Below, piece after piece: positions 40,640 through 50,121 of a DNA stretch of 64,000 bases (positions are counted from its first letter, which is position 1; each line of letters opens with the position of its first letter). Origin of the DNA: an uncultured delta proteobacterium (lineage in GTDB: Bacteria; Desulfobacterota; Syntrophorhabdia; Syntrophorhabdales; WCHB1-27); assembly GCA_963810935.1 (NCBI GenBank), contig CAWEPK010000005.1:160001-224000 (forward strand). Reading direction: 5' to 3'. The notes beneath the pieces were generated by a model that was not told the origin of the DNA, searched no databases, and saw nothing but the letters and a program-made list of their open reading frames with translations. Made by a program: the position numbers and the translations under genes.

Positions 40640-41245
40640 GTGAGCTACGCAAGGGAACACATCGACGAGGCCATCGACATCCTTAAGAGAATCGATGAAG
40701 GCGCGATTGAGCGCGTGGCGGACATACTGGCCGGCGTCAAGGCGAACGGCGGCCGGCTGTTTTTCCTGGGTGTAGGAGGCGGCGCCGGCAACTGTTCCCA
40801 CGCCGTTAATGATTTCCGCAAGATCGCCGGCATCGAATCCTATGCGCCCACCGATAACGTGTCGGAGTTGACCGCGCGGACGAACGACGAAGGTTGGGCG
40901 TCAGTATTCGTCGAGTGGCTGAAAACGAGCAGGCTCTGCGAGCACGACGGGATCTTCGTCTTCTCCGTCGGCGGCGGCAATATTGAAAAGAGCATCAGCC
41001 CTAACCTTGTAACAGCGCTGCAATACGCAAGAGAGGTTGGGGCGAAGATTACCGGGGTCGTCGGACGCGACGGCGGTTACACAGCGCAGGTAGCCGACGC
41101 GTGCGTGATCGTGCCAACCGTGAACCAGGCGACCGTTACACCCCATTCGGAGTCGTTCCAGGCTGTCGTCTGGCACCTGCTCGTATCGCATCCCAAGCTC
41201 AAGGCAAACCAGACGAAATGGGAATCTACGTCCGGGGGACGATAA
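40640..41245 (+). CDS. gmhA: SIS-domain sedoheptulose-7-phosphate isomerase (GmhA-like)
   Basis: LGVGGGAGNCSHAVNDF, LTARTNDEG, SVGGG.....SPNLV, GRDGG. Confidence 0.8.
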   Translation: MSYAREHIDEAIDILKRIDEGAIERVADILAGVKANGGRLFFLGVGGGAGNCSHAVNDFRKIAGIESYAPTDNVSELTARTNDEGWASVFVEWLKTSRLCEHDGIFVFSVGGGNIEKSISPNLVTALQYAREVGAKITGVVGRDGGYTAQVADACVIVPTVNQATVTPHSESFQAVVWHLLVSHPKLKANQTKWESTSGGR

Positions 41246-41253
41246 GGCCGTAA

Positions 41254-42501
41254 ATGAAGCGCCGGGCGGTCTTTATCGACAGGGATGGGGTGCTCAACCG
41301 CGCCGTGGTGCGAGACGGCAGGCCCTATCCGCCCGCGAGCGACGGCGACGTTGAAATCCTCTCCGGCGTGCCGGAGTCCCTGCGAGCACTGAAAGCCGCT
41401 GGCTTCGTGCTGGTCGTCGTATCCAATCAACCGGATGTAGCCAGGGGCACAACGGCGCGGGCGACGGTTGAGGCAATCAACGCCCGGCTGGCCGGGCGTC
41501 TGCCTCTGGACCGCTTTATCATGTGTTACCACGACGCGGCGGACGGCTGCGAATGCCGCAAGCCCAAGCCGGGTATGCTCCTTGAGATGGCGCGGGAGTT
41601 CGACATTGAACTGAACGCCAGTTTCATGGTGGGCGACCGCTGGCGTGATATGGAGGCGGGCGCTGCCGCAGGATGCAAGACCGTTTTCATAGATTACGGC
41701 TACGACGAGCAACGCCCGCAGGTGTTCGACTATCGTGTTTTTTCTGCCGGCGAAGCTTTTAGCACTATTCTGGAGGATGTGAGAATGAAACGCGTTGAAG
41801 ACCTGAAAGTGAAGATATTTGCGGATGGGGCAGACAAAGCGGGCATGCTGCAGATGGCAGGCAAGCCTTACATCAAAGGCCTGACGACTAACCCGACCCT
41901 GATGCGCAAGGCAGGCGTTACGGACTACAGGGCTTTTGCCGTGGAGATCCTCGCGGGGATCAGGGAGAAGCCCATCTCCTTCGAGGTGTTCTCCGATGAA
42001 TTCAATGAGATGGAGCGTCAGGCGCTCGAGATCGCTGGCTGGGCCGACAATGTCTACGTGAAGGTCCCGGTCACCAACACTAGACAAGAGCCTGCCTATG
42101 CACTAATCAGGAGGCTGACGGCTTGCAAGGTCAAGGTAAATGTTACGGCCATTACTACGGTAGAGCAGGTGCGCGACATTGCGTCCGTTCTAGATCCGGC
42201 CGTTCCGAGCTATGTTTCTGTTTTCGCGGGCCGCGTTGCCGACACGGGCCGCGACCCGGTGCCCCTGATGGCCGCCTGCGTGGAAACGCTCAGGCCTGTG
42301 CCCGCTGCGGAGCTGATCTGGGCGAGCCCGAGGGAGCTGCTCAACATCTTTCAGGCGGACGCTATCGGCTGCCACGTCATCACGGTGACGAACGATATAT
42401 TAAAAAAACTTTCACTCGTCGGCCTCGACCTGACGGCCTATTCACTCGACACGGTGAGGATGTTCTTCAACGACGCTTCATCCGCCGGATACAAGCTTTG
42501 A
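41254..42501 (+). CDS. GmhB-like HAD-IIIA phosphatase in frame with a transaldolase (apparent fusion; transaldolase ATG at 41785)
   Basis: DRDGVLN, SNQPD, CYHD...CECRKPKPGM, GDRWRD; then IFADGAD, TTNPT, VYVKVP, NVTA, SVFAGR, WASPRE. Confidence 0.85.
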   Translation: MKRRAVFIDRDGVLNRAVVRDGRPYPPASDGDVEILSGVPESLRALKAAGFVLVVVSNQPDVARGTTARATVEAINARLAGRLPLDRFIMCYHDAADGCECRKPKPGMLLEMAREFDIELNASFMVGDRWRDMEAGAAAGCKTVFIDYGYDEQRPQVFDYRVFSAGEAFSTILEDVRMKRVEDLKVKIFADGADKAGMLQMAGKPYIKGLTTNPTLMRKAGVTDYRAFAVEILAGIREKPISFEVFSDEFNEMERQALEIAGWADNVYVKVPVTNTRQEPAYALIRRLTACKVKVNVTAITTVEQVRDIASVLDPAVPSYVSVFAGRVADTGRDPVPLMAACVETLRPVPAAELIWASPRELLNIFQADAIGCHVITVTNDILKKLSLVGLDLTAYSLDTVRMFFNDASSAGYKL

Positions 42502-42552
42502 TGCGATGGCGGCAGGACGTGCCCGGAGTGGAGACATTTTGAAGGCCGTAGG

Positions 42553-43860
42553 TTGAAGAAGTATCTCCACAACGGCGTCATCTTTACCCAGGCGAATCAG
42601 CTATGGCGCGGGCTTTCGGGTATTTTCACCCTCATCCTGATCCCGCTCTTTCTGACCAAGGAACAGCAGGGGTACTGGTTCACCATGACGAGTCTCGCCG
42701 CGCTCGCCGTGTTGGCGGACCTCGGTTTTTTTCAGGTCACTTTGCAGTTCGCCGCCCATGAATTCGCTTACCTGAACTTCGAGAACGGCCGTGTCATAGG
42801 GAGTGAGGAGCATAAGGAGAGGCTGAAAAGCCTCTTCGCCTTTTCCTGCAGGTGGGCCGTCCTTGTCGCCTCCGTCGCCTTCCCGATCATCCTCCTGGTC
42901 GGGTTCCTCTTCCTCTCCCAGAAAACGACCGCAGTCGCCTGGGGCATCCCCTGGCTCGTCTACGTGGCCGGAGGCGCCCTCACTTTCCTTACCAGCGCCC
43001 TCCTCTATTTCCTCGAAGGCTGCAACCTCGTCGCTGCAATCCAGAGACTGCGCCTTTTCATAACCACCGTAACAATGGCGGTTATGTGGCTGGGGCTCAT
43101 TTTCCACTTCGGCCTCTACGCCCTCGCCTTGTCCATGCTTGCCGGCGCAGTTTACGGCGCAATTGCGGTCTGGCGGGGCTACGGGCCGCTTTTCGTCGGC
43201 TTCCTGTCTGCCCGAAGAAAAGCGCATCACGACTGGAGGCGGCAGATATTCAGCCTGCTCTGGCGCTATGCCTTGAGCTGGTGCTCCGGTTATTTTATTT
43301 TCCAGGTTTACGCCCCCCTTGCCTTCCAGTTTTACGGTCCGGTCGAGGCGGGCAGGGTTGGCCTTTCCGTCATGCTCTGGATGGGCGTATTCGCCGTCTC
43401 CAACGCATGGGTTTACGCCGTTACGCCAAGGCTCAACATGCTCGTATCGAAACGCGACTGGGCGGGGCTCGGTGCGCTTTTTTGGCGTAACCTGATATTA
43501 TCGGCTGCGACCTTTTTAGTGTGCGGCCTCGCAGTCTTTACCTTTATGCTCCTTCTTAGAGGAAGGCGCGCGCTGATGGACCGTCTTTCCGACCCGCTCT
43601 CCATGCTCTTTCTTGCAATCGCCTGGTTCTTACAGATCGTCGTCAACGGCCTGGCCACATACCTGCGCGCACACAAAAAGGAGCCCCTGGTCCTGCCCTC
43701 GGTCCTATCGGCCGTCTACGTCGCCGTGACGACGCTCCTGTGCGCAAAGTACCTCGCGCCCCGGTATTTCTTTCTCGGATGGCTATCCGGCTGCGTATGG
43801 GGCGTACCGTGGGTTGCCTGGATTTTCGTGAAGAAGAAGCGCGAGTGGCAGGCGACATGA
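42553..43860 (+). CDS. Wzx-like oligosaccharide flippase
   Basis: ~12 TMs; QGYWFT...ADLGF...QFAAHEF; RAHKKEP. Confidence 0.75.
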   Translation: MKKYLHNGVIFTQANQLWRGLSGIFTLILIPLFLTKEQQGYWFTMTSLAALAVLADLGFFQVTLQFAAHEFAYLNFENGRVIGSEEHKERLKSLFAFSCRWAVLVASVAFPIILLVGFLFLSQKTTAVAWGIPWLVYVAGGALTFLTSALLYFLEGCNLVAAIQRLRLFITTVTMAVMWLGLIFHFGLYALALSMLAGAVYGAIAVWRGYGPLFVGFLSARRKAHHDWRRQIFSLLWRYALSWCSGYFIFQVYAPLAFQFYGPVEAGRVGLSVMLWMGVFAVSNAWVYAVTPRLNMLVSKRDWAGLGALFWRNLILSAATFLVCGLAVFTFMLLLRGRRALMDRLSDPLSMLFLAIAWFLQIVVNGLATYLRAHKKEPLVLPSVLSAVYVAVTTLLCAKYLAPRYFFLGWLSGCVWGVPWVAWIFVKKKREWQAT

Positions 43861-44879
43861 CATCTGCGGCCTATCCTCATATACTGACGATAGCCGTGCC
43901 GACTTGCAACAGGGCATCGTACCTCGACACCTGCTTGTCCCAGGTCTGCCCCCAGGTCAAGGGCCGGGAAAAGGAAGTGCAGGTGCTTGTCTCCGACAAC
44001 TGCTCGTCGGACGATACAGGTGAAGTAGTGCGCAGGTACATCGCCCTCGGCCACTCGATCGCGTACGTCAGAAACCCGGGAAATATCGGTCCCGACCGGA
44101 ACTTCGCCGCCTGCTACAAGCAGGCCGAAGGCAAATACCTGTTGATTTTGGGAGATGACGACGTGCTCCTCGACGGTGCAATCGACACGCTGCTCCCCAT
44201 CCTAAAGTCCGGGGATTACGGCGTGGTATTTCTCAACTCATACGGCTTCACGGGTGATTTTATAATGGAGAGGCCGCAGCGTTTGCCTGCCGGCTACACG
44301 GTCTTCGATGATACCCTTTCTTTTGCGAAAAAAGTGGCCCACTTCTTTACCTTCACTTCGGCAAACGTAGTCAACCGGGCGCTCGTCGATGAGCCGGACG
44401 ACTGGGGCCCTTTTTTCGACTCGAACCTGGTCCAGCTCGCGTGGACGTTTTCCGCACTCTTCAACGGCAAAAAGCACGTGTATATCTCCGAATACCTGTT
44501 GGCCGCGTGCATCTATAACTCGGGCGGGTACGGGATATGCCGGGTCTTCGGCCACAACTTCAACACGATATTCGACCTATTCAGAAAACGGGGCGTGGCC
44601 GGCCGGTATTTCCGCGCGATAAACCGAAAGCTGCTGGTTGCACACTTCCCGGCCATGATCGCGCTCGCGCGAAACGGAGTGATGCCTTTCAAGCCGGAAG
44701 CCTATTTCCGCTGCCTCTATCCCCTCTATCGGCGGTACGTATTCTTCTGGATGTTTACTGTCCCCGCTGCAATCCTTCCCGCTTCATTCGTTTACACAAT
44801 ATTCCGTGCAGTAGAAAAACTCTTCAGGCAAAGACGCCTGGCGCCCGACCCGGACGGATCGAAGAAAAAGCTATCTTGA
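43857..44879 (+). CDS. GT2 glycosyltransferase (RfbV/abequosyltransferase-like)
   Basis: LTIAVPTCNRA, VSDNCSSDDT, NIGPDRNF, LGDDD. Confidence 0.8.
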   Translation: MTSAAYPHILTIAVPTCNRASYLDTCLSQVCPQVKGREKEVQVLVSDNCSSDDTGEVVRRYIALGHSIAYVRNPGNIGPDRNFAACYKQAEGKYLLILGDDDVLLDGAIDTLLPILKSGDYGVVFLNSYGFTGDFIMERPQRLPAGYTVFDDTLSFAKKVAHFFTFTSANVVNRALVDEPDDWGPFFDSNLVQLAWTFSALFNGKKHVYISEYLLAACIYNSGGYGICRVFGHNFNTIFDLFRKRGVAGRYFRAINRKLLVAHFPAMIALARNGVMPFKPEAYFRCLYPLYRRYVFFWMFTVPAAILPASFVYTIFRAVEKLFRQRRLAPDPDGSKKKLS

Positions 44880-45857
44880 GTTGAGGAGGACCTTCGAGCC
44901 CTCGGTATCTATCCTGAACTTTATCTCTTTGAGGCCCTCTTTCGTCAGGGCGTCACGCAGGTGGGACTTGCCGTTTGCGCAATAGAACATAAAGAAACCA
45001 CCGCCGCCCGCCCCCATTATCTTCCCGCCATAAGCCCCGTTCGCCTTTGCCGTTTCATACCATCTATCAATTTCGCCGGCGCTCATCTTCGTCGATATCT
45101 GCTTCTTGATCTCCCAGTGCATATCCAGGGACCTCCCGAACCAATCGACGTTTCCGTCTTTGAGCCTAAGGAGACACTCCCTTCCGATCTCCTTTATCTT
45201 ATGCATGGCCTCCACCACGCTGTTCTCGTCTCTCTTCACCGCCTGGCTCTGCTCTGAAAGAAGCTCCGACGCGCTTCTCAGTATGCCTGTGTAAAAATAA
45301 AGCGTATTGCTTTCGAGCTGGTCCATCGCGTCATGGGTGAGTATGTGTGTATTGACCTCTACTTCGCCCGCCCGGTCGATATCCATGCTGATTATGCCGC
45401 CGTAGGCGGCTATATACTGGTCCTGCTTGCCCACCGGCTCCCCCAGGACCTCCGCCTCGATATGGAACGCTTCTTCGGCCAGTTGCTTCGGCGTCAGAAA
45501 CTCCCGCTTGTACGTGTGAAGTGCGTTCAGCAGCCCGACGCAAAAGCTCCCGGAGCTTCCCAGTCCGCTCTGGGCGGGCAAGTCGGCAATCGACGTGATC
45601 TCGATGCCGGAGTCAATGCCCACCAGCCGTAATGCCTCCCGGACTATCGCGTGGCGTATTTCTTCCGCACGTCGCACGATTTCCGTCCTGGAATAGCTCA
45701 AGCGGATATCGTCGCCGAACCTCTTGTTGACCGTTATATACATATACTTGTTGATTGCTGCGCTTATCAGGAAACCGCCGTATTTCTGATAATAAGACGG
45801 CAAATCGGTCCCGCCTCCCCCAAGTGTGATCCTGAAGGGCGTCCTCGTGATGATCAC
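44871..45857 (-). CDS. hddA: D-glycero-D-manno-heptose 7-phosphate kinase (GHMP family)
   Basis: RITLGGGGTDLPSYY, GLGSSGS, VGKQDQY, GGKIMGAGGGGF. Confidence 0.85.
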   Translation of the reverse strand: MIITRTPFRITLGGGGTDLPSYYQKYGGFLISAAINKYMYITVNKRFGDDIRLSYSRTEIVRRAEEIRHAIVREALRLVGIDSGIEITSIADLPAQSGLGSSGSFCVGLLNALHTYKREFLTPKQLAEEAFHIEAEVLGEPVGKQDQYIAAYGGIISMDIDRAGEVEVNTHILTHDAMDQLESNTLYFYTGILRSASELLSEQSQAVKRDENSVVEAMHKIKEIGRECLLRLKDGNVDWFGRSLDMHWEIKKQISTKMSAGEIDRWYETAKANGAYGGKIMGAGGGGFFMFYCANGKSHLRDALTKEGLKEIKFRIDTEGSKVLLNSR

Positions 45858-46555
45858 GGTCTCTCTCCTTCTTCGACGTGCTTGCAGAAATCCTCAAGCC
45901 CCTGTGCTGACCCTATTTCATAAAACCGGCTGTTGACCTCATAACCGTATAACCTGCGCTCTCCAGCAAGGTCGCGAAGGAGGCCGGCCAGATCAAACAT
46001 CTCGCCGGCCGGTATGCCCTTCAGGGCGCCTTTGCTTATAGCCGTCAAGCCGTAATCGATGTACTCCATTGCGGGCGACGAGTTTTCTTTGTCGTAGACT
46101 TCTATGATTCCATCCTTGAAAACTACGTTGCTCTTGCCATAAAGGGACCGGTTCCGGAATACCGTCATGCAGGCGGTTGCGCCGGTGTTTTTGAAATATT
46201 TGTAAACTTTACCATAGTTTATTGGAAGATACGAATCGCCATACATGACGAGGAACGAGCGGTCCAAAAGGCATTCCGCGTTCTTTAATGCGCCGCCTGT
46301 GCCGAGCAGGCCTTTCTGCTCGCGGCTGTAACTTATGCTCACCCCGAACTCCGATCCGTCCTTGAAGTATTCTTCAATCCGCTCCGACAGGTGTCCCACG
46401 CAAAGCACCACGTCCCTTATTCCGTTGCTCTTGAGCAGGTCGAGCTGATATTCTAGAAAGGGCCGGCCGCATATTTCTATCATGCTTTTCGGCACGCGCT
46501 CCGTTATCGGCCGCAACCTTGTCGCCAGCCCTCCGGCAAGGATAACACATTGCAT
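45854..46555 (-). CDS. Sugar-1-phosphate nucleotidyltransferase (HddC-like)
   Basis: ILAGGLATRL.P....PKSM, LGTGGAL, YGDSY, RFYEIGS; adjacent to hddA. Confidence 0.8.
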   Translation of the reverse strand: MQCVILAGGLATRLRPITERVPKSMIEICGRPFLEYQLDLLKSNGIRDVVLCVGHLSERIEEYFKDGSEFGVSISYSREQKGLLGTGGALKNAECLLDRSFLVMYGDSYLPINYGKVYKYFKNTGATACMTVFRNRSLYGKSNVVFKDGIIEVYDKENSSPAMEYIDYGLTAISKGALKGIPAGEMFDLAGLLRDLAGERRLYGYEVNSRFYEIGSAQGLEDFCKHVEEGERP

Positions 46556-46613
46556 ATATACCCCCGGCCTTCTTCTATGTGCGATGCCTACGACGGACGT
46601 TTACCGGTCGGAG

Positions 46614-47899
46614 TCATGGTTGGCTGCGCCTGTTCATCCTCTCCGCCAAGGTCACGCTCCGCCTGAGCACTTCGTCCATGTTTATATATTCGAATTCGGC
46701 AAATCTCCCATGCAGGTCTATACCGAGAGAATCGAAATAGAGCCTTAGGGTCTTCATGCTTTCCGCGCGGTTTAAATCGTGGATCACATATCCGTATTTT
46801 GCCGTGAAGGCGTCCGTTTCAACTATGTCCTTACGGTCGATGATGCCCAACGCCGAGACCTGGTCGACCACCAATTTGATAAGTGCGTCGTCCGACATGC
46901 TCTCCGACTCCAAACCTGGGTGCGTAGTGACCTCGGCGATGAGAGACGAGCAGGACGTAGGCACGTTATTTTTGCTGAAGAAGCCCATGAAGCAGACGCG
47001 ATGGAATATCGTATCGCTTTGCGGTATGTAAATGGCGCTTTTGTCCATGAGCGACTCGTTGTTGACGCCTACCATGATGGTCCTGATAATATTGCTGCGC
47101 AGAAGGGAGGCCGCTCTTTTAACTGCCGGCGGGACGTCTTCGAAGCACGCAATCGCCTCCGTCATGGGAAAGGTGATGACTAATTTGTCGAAGGTGTGTT
47201 CTTCACAGCCGTTCGCTACAACCCAGCTCTTGCCTTTTTTCCTGATGGTCTTGATCTCGAAGTTCGTCACTACCTGCCCGTCCGCTTTCCGGGCCATTTT
47301 TATGAGCGACTCGGCGCCGCCCTTTTTCGGATAGAGGAAAAAGAGTGGTGGAGATACCCCTCGGTCTCTATGCCGAGGCAGGACTTGACGATGTCTTCCA
47401 GTGGCGGCTTCGGGACCCTTTCCACCCAGTCGAGCGAGATATTTTTTAACGGCTCCTTCCATATCTTCTCGTTGTACGGGGCAAGATACTGACGGGCAAT
47501 ACCATCGCCGAACGTGTAATATATCCATTCTTCTAAATTGCCCGGCTTCGGATGGTCGTTCTTCAGATACCCGATCAGGCAATCGTAGATGTCTGCTTTG
47601 TCCAAAGCGCCGAGGCCGTTCTCGAATGGGTATTTCACGTATCGGCCCTTATAGAGGATAGTGTTGGCCCTTTTGCAATAGTTAATGTTGTCGCCGAGGA
47701 TCGCTTTGACGACTTCCATGATCGCCTGATCTTTCGAGAATAGGATGTGGCCGCCGATATCGTACTTGAAGCCGTTCTTTTCAATCGTCCTGCATAGTCC
47801 GCCGGGCCTTTCTTCCTTCTCCACCACTACGCTCTCATGCCGCAAGAAACGTTGCAGCGCGATCCCGCTCAGGCCGCCTCCTAGTATCCCTACCTTCAT
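46614..47899 (-). CDS. FAD-dependent oxidoreductase / pyranose-furanose mutase-like (WbyH-like), one frameshift near 47345
   Basis: GILGGGLSG, GGLCRT, YDIGGHILFS, YPFENGL, PYNEKIW, GRFAEFEYINMD; restoring one base gives ~428 aa. Confidence 0.7.
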
Positions 47900-47955
47900 T
47901 CCATTTCTCCAAGGTACGGCGCGGCCGCAACTATCGCGATACCGGTCGCCATATC

Positions 47956-48946
47956 CTACCAGCCGAATTTATTGTGCTTTGCGTCCTCGTAGATCGACCC
48001 GACCGATTTCTGCATAGCTTCCCTGCAGGTGAATTGGTTCTTCCATCCGAGCCTGCCTGATCTTCTGCGAGCTCAGCCGCACGATGGGTACGTCACCTTT
48101 CCATCCCCGGTCGCCGCCTGCGTATCTGTACGGTACGTCTCCGAGACCCATTATTTCAACGACTAGCCCGGCAATCTCGTTGACCGTAATCCAGTCGAGT
48201 GTCGCGACATTGAAATATGTAAACCCTTTTAATGCCTGTCTCTCGGCGCAATCGATAGCCCTTACGATATCGGTCACGTAGATGTAGGACTTGCTCTGGG
48301 TGCCGTCTCCAAGGATATCGAGCCCGGAGGGGTCCTTGAGAAGGTTCCTCACAAAATCGTACCCTACCCCGTGCGTCTGGTGGGGGCCGACGACGTTCGC
48401 GAACCTGAATGCGCCTGCATCCATCTCGAACATGTGGCAATACGAGCAGATCAACGCTTCGCACGCCAGCTTGCTTGCTCCGTAGGTCGAGATCGGTAGC
48501 AGAGGGGAGCAATCCTCATCTATCTCGAAGGACCCTTTATCGCCGTAAATGCCGCTGCCCGACGCGTAAAAAAGCCTTTTCACCCCGTTCCGCCGCATCG
48601 ATTCCAGGATATTGTTCGTCAGGTAAGTACCTTCCCAGAAATCTATGTCGGGATGCGTGACGGCCTTCGCTATATCCGGGTTGGAAGCGAAATGGTACAC
48701 GATTTCCGCACCACTCATCGCCTTATCCAGGTCATCGGCGTCTTTGATGTCTCCTCTGATTACCTGCAGGCGGGGGTCGTCTTTGACGCCCTCCAGGTGC
48801 CACATCTTGCCCGAGCTGAAGTTGTCGTAAACGGTAACGCGCCCCCCCCTGCGCTTCAGCTTCTCGCTGACAAGGTGGCTTCCGATAAAGCCCGCGCCAC
48901 CGATCACGAGCATGTTGGACAGAGTTATTTCAGGTTCTATAGCCAT
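47956..48946 (-). CDS. NAD-dependent epimerase (UDP-glucose 4-epimerase-like), one frameshift near 48052
   Basis: GGAGFIGSHL, YGASKLACE, RFANVVG, GDGTQSKSY, GWKGDVP; corrected end LGWKNQFT...KFGW*. Confidence 0.88.
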
Positions 48947-49091
48947 GCTATTATGCCCGCTCCCGTTACAAAGAGTTTCTATATTTTGCAGAGAGAAGTT
49001 ACCAATATAACCGGTTTATTTCAACAACAAAATCCATGTGGTGCGCCGTCTTCGGCCCCCGGCTCACGGACCCGGCGCGCCGACGTAATCC

Positions 49092-50120
49092 CTACCGCTT
49101 GAGGGCGATCTCCCGCGCCCCTACCCCGTATCTTTCCAGTAAGCCGGATATCTCCCACGGCCCTATTTTTCTTCTCTGCTGAATAATCGTTCGTTTCTTC
49201 CATACGGCAGGTAGGCCGGCAAGTGCCGAAGCCCACGCCCTGACCAGTATGGCCGCCAGCTCTTTTTTCGAACGCGCCTTCGAGAAAGCGCCCGGCGCAC
49301 CCTTGCCCGCGAACGCCCCGTATGCCTGGAACAGGTAGCGAAAGGCCGTGAAGACGAGGCCCCTGCATATCACGGACACGGGGAAATTCTTCGCCAGTAG
49401 CCAGATCCTGTTCCTCTCCACAAGGAATGCCTTGAGCGGAGAATAGTCATCGGATGATGCCGAGTGCAAATGGTAGACCAGCGCATCAGGCGTATAAATG
49501 CACCTCCAGCCGCGCAGGCGCGAGCGCCAGCCCAGGTCGGTATCATCGGCGTACATGAAGAACGATTCGTCGAAATAGTCGTCCCCCACCCTTATGTCTT
49601 CGAGCATCTCCCTCCTGCACATGATGCAGCAGCCGCTGCCGAAAAAAACCTCTTCCTCACGGTCGTAACGCTCACCCGGCTCCAGTCTTCCACGCCCGAC
49701 CGAAAGCCCATCCGGGCAAACAACGATGCCCGCCGCATCGAGAAGGTCCGGGTCGAACTTCAGCACTATCTTCGAGGCGCAGGCCCCGTATAGCCAACTC
49801 TTCCCGATAGCCTGCCGCATCGCCCCTATTGCCCCGGCCGCAAGCTCCGTGTCGGGATTAAGAATGACTACGTAGTCGCCTTTGGCATGGCGGATGCCGA
49901 TATTATTGCCTGCCGCGAAACCGAGGTTCTCCCCGTTCTCGACGATCCGTATCCATGGGTGGCGCTCTCGCGCCAGTTGGACGGAACCGTCGCTCGACCC
50001 GTTATCGACGAGGATGACCTCCAGATTTTTGTAATCCTGGCCCGAAAGGCTCTCCAGGCAGGGAAGCAGGTAATCGCGTCCGTTCCAGTTGAGGACGATC
50101 ACGGAGACGAGGTCGCTCAT
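49092..50120 (-). CDS. GT2 glycosyltransferase
   Basis: VLNWNG, VDNGSSDGS, NLGFAAGNN, LNPD, FFMYADDTDLGWR. Confidence 0.9.
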   Translation of the reverse strand: MSDLVSVIVLNWNGRDYLLPCLESLSGQDYKNLEVILVDNGSSDGSVQLARERHPWIRIVENGENLGFAAGNNIGIRHAKGDYVVILNPDTELAAGAIGAMRQAIGKSWLYGACASKIVLKFDPDLLDAAGIVVCPDGLSVGRGRLEPGERYDREEEVFFGSGCCIMCRREMLEDIRVGDDYFDESFFMYADDTDLGWRSRLRGWRCIYTPDALVYHLHSASSDDYSPLKAFLVERNRIWLLAKNFPVSVICRGLVFTAFRYLFQAYGAFAGKGAPGAFSKARSKKELAAILVRAWASALAGLPAVWKKRTIIQQRRKIGPWEISGLLERYGVGAREIALKR

Positions 50121-50121
50121 A

